64,000 bases of DNA from positions 49,292,001 through 49,356,000 of the forward strand of contig NC_045707.1 of NCBI RefSeq assembly GCF_009834535.1, written 5' to 3'. The translations under genes and the position numbers were made by a program. The notes beneath the pieces were generated by a model. The model was not told the origin of the DNA, made no database searches, and worked only from the letters and a program-made list of their open reading frames with translations. Origin of the DNA: Camelus ferus (taxonomy: Eukaryota). Shown here piece by piece: positions 53,736 through 64,000 of the stretch (the first letter of the stretch is position 1; every line of letters begins with the position of its first letter).

Positions 53736-53959
53736 AACAAAACCAGCAAAACAATACTAGCAAACATGATAGAGTACCTCTAAATGTCAGGTAGTGTTCT
53801 AGGTCTGTAAGATTTTTCTATTTTACCTTCACAGTGACCTTCTGTGATAGGTCAGGATCATCTCCAAGCTTACATTTGGCAGAATAAGAGTATGAGCTCA
53901 AGCAGCTGACAACAGCTATCTAGTGTTTAACTATAGAGTATATACAGAGTTCCATGAAG

Positions 53960-54125
53960 TATGGCAATGGGCCATCTCTATCAGATGCACTAGGAGTCAT
54001 TGAAACAAACAAAACACACACAAACAGTTTCTAGGCCCAGACATGACCACAGAATCACAATTTCTAGAGGACAGAAATTTTTCCAGTTACCCCAGGCAAT
54101 TTTTATGCACACTTTGAGAACCAGT
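53960..54125. mobile_element. MER5-like MITE, following a MIR remnant at ~53755-53900
   Basis: ttctaggcccag...agaatcacaatttctag...ccccaggcaatttttatgcacactttgagaaccagtg. Confidence 0.6.
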
Positions 54126-55494
54126 GCTCAATGATCTAACCAGAAGGTATGGGTTGAGGACTGCTATTGGGATTGTGGTAGCAGTACCAATATGTGTGTG
54201 TGTGTCAGGGGAAGGAGGGGCTAAGGAAGGCCAACAATGCAAAGTGGATGAAGGATTTCACTTCCATTGCTACCTCCTTGCTCCCTCAAGATCATCTGCT
54301 CTGCTATCACAGAGCCTAACTGGAGGAAATTCAAAGTCTGGGGAAGAAGTGGTGGGTCCACCAATGGGAGGATTTTAGACTATCCTGGGAGACAAAGTTG
54401 GTTATATAAATTTTCAATCCCCTTCAGAACTGTAAAAATTCAGTTTAGAGAAATCCTAACCTAGAGAAACAAAGGACTTTGTAATAATAATTTCCTAAAT
54501 CATAACATTCCATTCTGCACATGGACACCATGCACATTTTCTTTCTTGAGTTGAAATACATAATTGTGTTTTTCTTCTTTTTCACAACCACAGGGATTTT
54601 CCAACACACTGTCATTTGTGCAGATGGAACCATTCCATTCCTAAAGAATGGGAAGTCTTTTCTGTCATATTTTATTGGTTCTTCTAGTCATTATATTTGA
54701 CAGGCTATAAATCCCCTGCTTACCATTAAACAGACTGTGAATGGCAAGATAGTATTAAGCATTTCTGGCACACAGATTGCAGTTGAGCAATCAATAGCAC
54801 CATCATTCCAGGAAAATTATTGCTGTAATTGAAAGGGGAGAATGATCATCAAGGAGAATTGTATGTTCTCTTTATATGTGGACTTAGTGGGAAAAAAAAA
54901 GCCTAAAAATAAAAACTAGGACAGTTCACAGTTGCAAACATTTTGATTAATCATAATGATAAAGAAAGGCAGGAAATAAATGGCTGAGTTTGAGATAGAA
55001 GATGTGGCCTTTCTTTGGGATAGAATTTTCTCAACAGTATAAGGCATGGGAAATATGGGAGGCTGCATATAAATGTAGTAGTACTATTTGATCTCAAGGC
55101 CAAGTGCACAAGCCATCTATTAATTTTAAAAATTGTATGTTGTAGTGTTTCTCTATTAATGAGTTGATTATATTTTTAGAAATCATGGAAAATGTGTAGA
55201 CGCTGATGTCACCGTATTTTGGCTTTGCTAAGGATGGCTATTGTGAACAAAGTTGTTTCTTCCCTTGGCTCCGAGCACCAGATTGCTGCTCCTTCCCTCT
55301 CCACCACCTACTCACTCCCTCCCTGACACACAAACACTCTAAATCATAAGGAAAGTATGTTTCTAAAGATTTAAATCTGCTGTCTACATCACTGACTAAA
55401 TTAGGTTCCTAATGATGTAATTTCAAAATCCTCTGTATTTCTCCTCTTAATGAATGTAATGAAAAAATTATTTATAATTATTAACTTCATGTTT

Positions 55495-55612
55495 GTGTCC
55501 TGTTTGACATAAGCTCCATGAGGATGAGAACCTTGCATGTTTTTGTTTCTGTTTTTGTACTCAGCACCTAGTTCCATGAACAATGCCAGGAATTTGCTAA
55601 TTATTAAATAGC
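55495..55612 (+). mobile_element. L2 3' end followed by a TG/TA-rich simple repeat
   Basis: taagctccatgaggatgagaacc...tactcagcacctag...aatgccagg. Confidence 0.6.
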
Positions 55613-57889
55613 TATGTGTACGTTGTATGTATGTGTGAACACGTATATGTGTGTACATATGTGTATATATGTATGTATATAAATATATATATATATTTTT
55701 GAATGATGAATGTTCATCTCAATTATTTATCCATTGTCACTGGATGCTTTTGACTAAAAGAATGTGACTAAAAGAATAACCTTTTATTATTAGTTACGTA
55801 ATTCAGCTTAAGTTAAAAAACCTATGGGAGCCAAAAGGCTCTTTCTCTCCAATACACAAAAATACACAGATTTAACCCCACCCCAAAAAGCCCCTGTTAA
55901 GTTTGTTAGGACATGGTGACCTAACTTAGTTTTCATCATCCATATTTCAGTGACCTCAAGCAATCCCCCACAAAGCTTTGTATTTATGTTTGTCTATTTG
56001 CTTGTTTTAAAGCACTCTGTTCTTTTGATGGAGCTATATCTCTCCTTAATGCCAATGTCCCAGTGTTTCCAGTAGTGCTCCAAGGCCTCTATCTTCCTAT
56101 AGAATCAAGAATGGAGGCTTTGCCAGGCACCACAGGGAATGCTAGTACATATTCTTAGGGTCATTACTGAATGGTCAAGGCAGAGTGTACGGAATGGGGA
56201 TTAGAGTTCCAATTCTAACTAGCATTTCCAATACTGATATTCTATCATATTGTTTTCCTATTTATCTCATTTGTCAGTGGCCACATAATACTGGATAGGT
56301 AGGCGAGTGCCTGTCACAAAAGGGTGTAGCAAAGCTGCCCTTTCCCTCTTTTCTTCCTCGGAAGTTTTGATTTCTGCTAAGCTGTGTGTAATTCCATTTA
56401 AGCCATCATGTTCAGTTCACAGAGTGCACCCTGGGATGTTTTTTAGTTGAGGACAAATTTGTAAACCATAGAATTGGACACATGGTTGGAATTAAATGCC
56501 ACATCTAGACATTTCAGTGGGATTATACCATGGAAGAAGAAGACAGCCAGAAATGATAAATCTTCCTTTGGTAACCACCTAAAATTTCTTAGTATTCCAC
56601 CAAGTTTATGTTAAAAGTCTATCAAAGAATGTAACGAAGTTAGTAAGTCCATGGGCATATTTCTTTAATTTGTGGTAATAATTATATTTGAAAAAAAACC
56701 TTAAAAGTAATTTAACCACTTCCTGCCAAAAAATTCAAAATCATTACCCTCTAGTAACTTAAAAAAGAGGAAATAAAGGAGAAAGATAGAATTAAACAGC
56801 ATTTTGGAAAAAAAGAGAAAAAGGATAGAGATACAATGAGGAAAACTACTGAGAAAGAAACATACTACATTGTATGACTGACAGAAAATATAGAGAAACA
56901 AAAAATGTAATCCCAATTTTATGAGGAAAGTAAATCTCTACAAAACTTTGTTATAAAATTAAAGTCATGAAGCATTTTAATTAAAAATTCTATAAATACA
57001 GATTAGGGGCAAATTTTACCTTGAAGATTCAAGGACAAGTAGCCACTGATTTCTCTGCTACATGGGGTTTTCAAGCCAGAAAGTGATGATTCCAAGATTT
57101 CTGGAGTCTTACAACAATCATGAGAGAGAGAAAAGGTAAAAATCTTACCTTTCTTCTCTGATGAACTTTATGGGTTCTTACTGACCAAAGATGGAAGCCT
57201 ATCCTCTCTTCTTGGGAGTGCCACAGAATATATTATGCAGGTGCCTGCACACCCATACACAAAATCTGTGGTAATGAACTGTTCCTTTCTAACTAATGCC
57301 AGTTGTAGAAAAATTTTTAGTTATTTAAGGGCAAGGAAAAGTCTCTTCCACTGTGCCCCTGAGCGTTTTGAGATACAGAGGGTAATTAGCATGTACTAAT
57401 TGGAGCGACTTATATAATCAAATTTAAATCAAATAAGCTCCTTTCTTTATGACTTCACATCATTCATGCCCTCGGAATTTCAGAAATTTCAAGTCAGCTG
57501 TTCTCCAGCAACCGACTGCAAATGAGCTGCCTTAGGAATATATCTGCCTATAATCCCCCTTTCAGAACACAAAATTCACGAAAATTTCTAGGGTAAATTA
57601 TTCAGGTTCCACATTCATAGTCAAGATTGTTTTAATTTTAGGTAATTCATGTCAGTGGACTTGAGTTCTCAGCAAATCCCAAAGTATCTGTGAGCTACTG
57701 TTATTTTATATTTCACATTATTTAAATAATAAGGTTATTATTTTGTACCCAACATGTGCAGAGAGCCCACTGATGCATTTGTAATATACTTTATCTTGGT
57801 TAATGTTAATTAACTAAACACTTTGAAAATGTGTACTTTCATCCTTCATTTCAGAGAAGGAAACTGAAACTCAGTGTTTTCAAGTTAGG

Positions 57890-58360
57890 CAGAATCTGCC
57901 AACAAAATCTCTAGTGACTACGCTTTCCTTCCTTCTTATTTAGCAGAATACCAATGTTGGTGTTGGCTAAGTTCCTGACGAAAAAGCATTTTTCAGACTC
58001 CTGTGCTGATATGGGGAGCCACGTAATAATATTTCTGGACAATAAGATATAAGTGGATTTATTGGGGAAGATTTCTGGGAAAGCATCTCAAATAGGAAAT
58101 GGACTCATACAGTACCACATGTATCCCCTTTGTCCTTAGCACATTTCCCTTCTTCTCCCCAGAAATACAGAGGTATAGGCCAAAGCTCCAAGCAGGCACC
58201 TTGAGCAGACTATAAGAGAAAGGCCAAGAAAATCAGCCCTGACATCCTTGAGACATCAGGCTGCCTACTTCTGAATTTCTTGCTTTGAGGGAGTAACACA
58301 ACAGCTACGTTGCTTAAACCACTGTCTCTAGGATTATTTGCTACATATGCAGCTGAACTC
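57890..58360. mobile_element. Old MLT1-type LTR, apparently within a MIR
   Basis: ttttcagactcctgtgc...ttctggacaataagatataagtgga...cctacttctgaatttctt...ttaaaccactg...gcagctgaac; MIR core at ~57840-57875. Confidence 0.6.
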
Positions 58361-58599
58361 TGACCTTAACTTTTACATTCAGTGACAAGCCCAAGGTCCT
58401 ATAGCTATAAAAAAATGTAATTTCTTCTGATCCCATAGTCAATAAAGAGTACTAAGAGCAGAAATTCCCAATGTTAAATCAGCTAGTCAAAGCAATAGTT
58501 AAGGACTTACATGCAGGGCGAGAATTAGAATTACCCATTACACTCATCTGCATCCTGAGAATAAAAAAAAAAAAAAGTTCTCTACTGTGTTCTTTCTTG

Positions 58600-59975
58600 T
58601 TTGTAATTAAGCATTCACCAAGTATTATTATAAGCTTACTATCAACAGATAATGTGTTGTTGGTCTACAGACCAAGGACTGACAATGTAACTATTGCCAA
58701 GAAGCTTACAGTCTAGTTTGGTGGATATTTCAAATAAATAATTAAGTGAAGAATTATAGTAATTCTGTAGAATTATAATAATGTGATAAATGCTATTACA
58801 TGTAATTGTGATGCACACAATGAAAAGTCTATTCCAGTCTGTGGGATCAGAGAAGACTTTGGAGATACTGAGGCACACTAAAATTTTTAAGAGTTTATTT
58901 GAGCAAACATGAATTCTAATTGGGTGGTACATCAAACCAAAACTGGTTAGGAGCAGTCTGCCAACAGGAGCTAGGGTAAAGCTATATATGGAGAAGATGC
59001 AGGAAAAAAGCAAGAACATTATTTGACTGGTTACAGATTAAACTGTTGCCTTATTGAAGAAATATTATTTGGTTATTTGTGATCGGTTGTTTTTAGGTTT
59101 AGGTTTCTTAACTCTGAGGTATTAACAGGAATTTACTCTGGCTTAGGTTTTGGTTTGCTTACTTAGTTGCCAGGGCATTACAGCCACCTAAGGTCTAATG
59201 GACTTTTTTTTTTTTAATTGCTTTAACAGTGAGGATGTGAGATTTTTGCTGACTTCTGAAAGATAAGTGTGAATTAGCCAGGTGACTGATGGGAGCAAAG
59301 ATTCAGACATAAGAAACAGCATGTGTAAAGGTCCTGAGGTTTAATAAAGGTTGGGTGAAATGGTTCACAATTAAGTTGAAGAAGTAGGCCTTTAACGTAG
59401 GCCCTTTCAAGCTGTTCTGAGATTTTAGGATTTCTCCCAAAAGTACTGGAAACAATGAAAGACTTGTAAATGGAAGTGGGATATAACCAAATGGCTTTTG
59501 GGGTTAAAAGGAAAAAAGAAAAAAAAAACCCTAACTGAAGTATTTAAACAAATGGTTTGGAGCAAGACAAGAGGAAGCAGAACTATTATTTAAGATACTA
59601 CCATTGTAGTAGTTCAGGTTGAAAAAAAATGGTGAATGAAATACAATGGTAATAGAGGAGTGAGAAGGAAGTAGATAGATTCAATAAGTATTTAAGAGAA
59701 AGTTGCCTCTGGATATAAAGGCTAACTGGAGAGCAGAAGGCTAAAAATAAAGATAAAGAGTGACTTCCTTGTTTCTAGCTATGAACAACTGAGTGGATAT
59801 TGCTATACACTACCAAGATAGAGACTGAGGGAGAAGGCACAATTTTTAAGGGAAAGAGCTTTAATCCAGTGTAATGAGTCTGAGGTACCTATAACACATC
59901 CAGATGTAGATATTGAGTAAGCAGTTGAGTACAAAGGACTAAGCTCAAGGGAAGTCTGGGATAATGTTCTAATTG
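58600..59975 (-). mobile_element. L2 element interrupted by an LTR
   Basis: aagaagcttacagtctag, aacagcatgtgtaaaggtcctgagg, ttctagctatgaacaactgagtgga, tgaggtacctataacacatcca. Confidence 0.75.
58869..59228 (-). mobile_element. ERV-type solo LTR nested in L2
   Basis: ~360 bp non-L2 block ending ctttaaca (TGTTAAAG on the minus strand), with a minus-strand AATAAA (gagtttattt). L2 sequence resumes on both sides. Confidence 0.6.
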
Positions 59976-62059
59976 TGGACAACTTTATGTGTTTATTGTC
60001 ACACTTCTACTTTTTTTTCTTTCTAGATTAGAAGCTCTTTGCACTGCCAGTAAGCAGTTTTATGCTAATGAGGATTAGGTAGCTCACTGTATCTTCATCC
60101 ATTCTACTTGACTTGCGAATGATTCCCTCTCTTGGTAATTTCAAATGAGTTACTTGACAATCTAACTCTCAAAAAGCACCTTCATCACTGATCTGTATCA
60201 CTGATCTGCCTCCTACAACTTATTACATAATAGTGAGAAAAATAATACCAATGATTTAATGAATACATAAATGTTCTAGGCACTGCTGCATTCTTTGTGT
60301 ATGTAATTTCTAATCGTCTCAGCAGTTCTATTTCAACAGTATTCTGTAGGGTGGGAATGAGATTCAGAGAGATCACATCTATCAAGGTATTCCTGTGGTG
60401 AGTGGGAGGCTTGCCTTCCATCCTCAGTCTCTCAGACTCCCATATTGTCCCTAAGTGTTCCCACTGAGGAGCTGGTTTAAAAAAAAAAAAAAAAAAAAAA
60501 AGCTTCATGGTAGTGATGAAACAAGTACTAGCTTTTCTTAAATTAGTCTCAGATACTACATGCAAATATTCCAGAAGCATTTCAAAGAGTGTTGAGTTTC
60601 TTTCCTGAGGAAAGCTACAGTTAGAGATATGAGTGACATTCAGAATGTAGCTGCAAGACCAAATTTTATATTTACTCCCTTTGTTTACTTTTATAAGGGA
60701 GATGAACAAAACAGGCTTCCATTTCATCACTTTATAAAGTAATATGTCAAAATAGGCCTAAAAAGTCCACTTGTTTTAATAAAGATCTCAGTAGATATTA
60801 ACTTAGAGTATTTACATTGAATGGCAATTTAATTTCTAAGGAAATAGCAAAATGCTTTGTCTGTAGTGGGATAGCCAGGTTCTGATTCAGTGTTTACTAA
60901 TTCCAATAATTTGGCACATTAATAGGATATGTGGGTGAGGTGAAGAGAAACATCTTTAGACCTCATTTTGACTTCATCCCAATCATTTCACTTTTTTGGG
61001 GGGCAAAGCCTTACTCTTCAGATGCTGCTCATTTTTCTCAAATGATAAGCCTTAATATGAAGGTGATCTTTTCTTAGTAGATTATTTCTTAAAGCACAGA
61101 ATACAAATTAATGATGTAAACTATATATTTTAAAAACCATTCTAAATAGTGTAGAGTAGAAATGGAAATACCTGCAAATGACTTAAACATATTTATTTTC
61201 ATTTTCAGATATGTTTCTTGTAATTTATCTGGTACAATGTTTTCAAAATGATTTTTGAGTATGTTTATTTTAAATATTTAAAACTATAATTTCTTTAAAA
61301 ATAAAATCTACCAGTTTTCCTAGTATAAAAATAATTTTGAAAAATACATTAAAATATTATTTTCAGTTTGATATATTTACTTCCTGCTCTTTTCATCTTA
61401 TGACTGTGATTATAAGATATACACAATTTGTGTTTTGATAGCCTAGTGTGATAGCTCAGTTTGAGTGATTATTTTGTTTGTGAAAAGTACCAAATGACAT
61501 TGTAAATTAGCTTTGGAGCCTTTTATCAATTCAACATGCTTCCCAGCAAATCACAATATATGAACTCGAAATTAGAAGAACAACTTGATCGGTGCCTGCA
61601 GCACTGAAGCAGTGATTCCAGGAGATACTTTAGAAATGATGCAAAATTTAAGTCCACTGTTCTCCAGTGAGTTTATCCTAAATGCCTCCAGAATCATGGT
61701 TTCTTCATCCCTTCTACCTCAAGGAAGTGTCTCTAATTGGGAAGGTCTACCCTGGAACCATTCAGGGAAGGAGATTCTGGGAAAAACATTTGTATGAGGA
61801 TGTGGTATGATGCCACGTCAAGAGCAAAGTATCTAGCACATATTCTTATAGAGAAGTTGAAAAAGACTGAAGACCTCCAATGTTTCCTGATCTGATCATG
61901 CTCACTAAAACATCATTATCACTTCTTCTTGCCTATATGTACTCCAAGTGCTCTTAAATTAAAAAACAATAACAAACAAACAAACAAAAAAAAGGAAACT
62001 TACCATTAGATTCTACCAAAATCAATGACTACAGTAAAGACTGAACACAAAGTCCAGTC

Positions 62060-63575
62060 TTAGACCTCTTTCTTTGCCATCTACATTTACTTTCTAGGTC
62101 TTCGAACACAGATCTGTAGCTTGAATTATCACCTAAACTGACGATACCCAAATCTGTATTTCCAGCCTGGACTTTCTCCCTTCTACCATCAAATATTTCC
62201 ATAATCCAACTAACTTTCACTTCCATAATCTACTTCTTTAATCTAAGGTAAACATGATAAATTAGCTGCTTCTTAACCAGATTCTCAGCTTTGGCCTTCA
62301 GCCTCTTATTCTCAAGGAAGTAGACAGAACCAGAATCCCACTCCTGGGCATATATCCAGAAGGAACCCTACTTCAACATGACACCTGCACCCCAATGTTC
62401 ATAGAAGCACTATTTACAATAGCCAAGACATGGAAACAGCCTAAATGTCCATCAACAGGTGACTGGATAAAGAAGATGAAGTATATTTATACAACAGAAT
62501 ACTACTCAGCCATAAAAACCGACAACATAATGCCATTTGCAGCAACGTGGATGCTCCTGGAGAATGTCATTCTAAGTGAAGTAAGCCAGAAAGAGAAAGA
62601 AAAATACCATATGAGATCGCTCATATGTGGAATCTAAAAAAAAAAAACAAAAAACAACAAAGCATAAATACAAAACAGAAATAGACTCACACACATAGAA
62701 CATAAACTTGTAATTTCCAAGGGGGCAGGGGGTAGAAAGAGACAGACTGGGATTTCAAAATTGTAGAACAGATAAACAAGATTATACCGTATAGCACAGG
62801 GAAATATATATAAGATCTTATGGTAGCTCACAGAGAAAAAAATGTGACAATGAATATATATACATGTTCATGTATAACTGAAAAATTGTGCTCTACACTG
62901 GAATTTGACACAACATTGTAAAATGATTATAAATCAATTAAAAAATGTTAAAAAAAAAAAAAAAGAAAGTAGACAGAGCATATAGGTGATTCTTTTAAAA
63001 TGATATATCATGTCATTCCTCGGCCCAAAAACCTTTAGTGGCTTCCCTTTTTGCAAACAACAACAAAAATAATAACAACAAAGACAAATTTATTGCAATG
63101 CCCTACAAGGTCCTTGGATATATGGCAAACATTATCTTCCCCATGTCACTTTCTGTTACTCTTCCCAACACTTGTTTTCTTCCAGCCCCACTAACTAAAC
63201 CCATTGTTTCTCTGCTACACCAAGTATCCTCCCATATCAGGATCTTTGAATATGCTTTTCCCTATGCTTCAAATACTTCAATTAACTCAGGATTCTGATC
63301 AACAGCCACCTATGCAATGAAGCCTTTCCTGACCTCTCTATATAAAATAATATCTTAACCAACCAAGCCATCTCCTCCTTTTGAATACTTAAATTATTCT
63401 TTGGCAAATGTCAATATATAGGATGTATTTGTTTGTTTTTCTCTTTTCCCTCCACTGGATTTTTAACTCCAAGAGGGTTAGAACTTTAACTCACTGCTAC
63501 ATCCACAGATCGAAGAACAGAGCCCAACACTCTGTAAATACTAGATAAATAACCAGTGAATAAATAAATAAATAA
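62060..63575 (+). mobile_element. L2 element split by a young L1
   Basis: gatacccaaatctgtatttccagcctggactttctccc before the L1; aaacctttagtggcttccc, gaagcctttcctgacc, tcactgctacatcc and a terminal gaataaataaat after it. Confidence 0.8.
62331..62964 (+). mobile_element. Young 5'-truncated L1 with poly(A) and target-site duplication
   Basis: ORF 62395..62637 (L1 ORF2 C-terminus), 3'UTR, A-tail, and TSD aagtagacaga at 62318-62328 and 62967-62977. Confidence 0.95.
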
Positions 63576-64000
63576 AATTCGAGTAGTGTAGAGAAATGAT
63601 AACAGACAAGTGTGATCATTAAGCAAGCATTTGAGTTTAACAATAATAGGTTAAGTACATTGCAATATCCAAAAATAAGATGGCCTACTGCATACTGAAG
63701 CTCATTTATGTTTAATGAATATCAAGAATTCTTATTCAATTTGATATGTAGTCGGTTGTTTCTATTTTATTTTGCTCTGTATTAGTATAATGTGTTATCA
63801 GGCTTGGACTAGCCCTTCTTCACATAATACCACAGTAACTCCAGGCTCTGCAGAAAAGGGAGATTATGCCATTTTTTGACTTTCAAAATAAGTATTACCA
63901 AAGCAAAAAAAAAGAAAAAAATCATTTCTTTTATGGTAACTGGAGATTTAGTGTGAACTGATATTTAACTGGCTTAGCAGCCACATCTACCAGCATTTTC

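Noticed and set aside
60185..60730. Longest ORF (181 aa)
   Set aside because: Runs through a poly(T) tract (poly-Phe) and a MIR-like remnant. No recognisable domain; chance ORF.
62395..62637. ORFs 62395..62637, 6763..6951, 14612..14812, 26020..26226 and 27358..27747 as genes
   Set aside because: All are L1 ORF2 remnants.
1..64000. CRISPR arrays, operons, rRNA/tRNA, CpG island
   Set aside because: Mammalian repeat-rich DNA; none of these signatures were seen.

Overview
AT-rich, CpG-poor placental-mammal genomic DNA. The younger L1 3' ends resemble camelid-type L1 (recalled from memory, tentative), and I saw no Alu, B1/B2, Bov-A/BovB, PRE-1 or CanSINE. No intact protein-coding gene is supported, and there are no RNA genes or prokaryotic systems. 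The listed ORFs are chance ORFs, L1 remnants, or pieces of the relic described next. Much of the window is old interspersed repeat (L1, L2, MIR, MLT1/MaLR, MER21-like LTR, MER5, Tigger2-type MITE) plus microsatellites. Main finding: about 13-16 minus-strand exon-like segments between ~0.6 and ~18 kb mostly retain AG/GT splice signals. Their translations give, in colinear order, motifs resembling the uDENN, cDENN and dDENN modules of DENND2-family Rab GEFs, broken by stops and frameshifts. This looks like a decayed, intron-containing (non-processed) pseudogene of a divergent DENN-domain gene. The homology was judged by eye against remembered DENND2 sequences and needs HMM/tBLASTn confirmation. 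Repeat boundaries and subfamily names are approximate.
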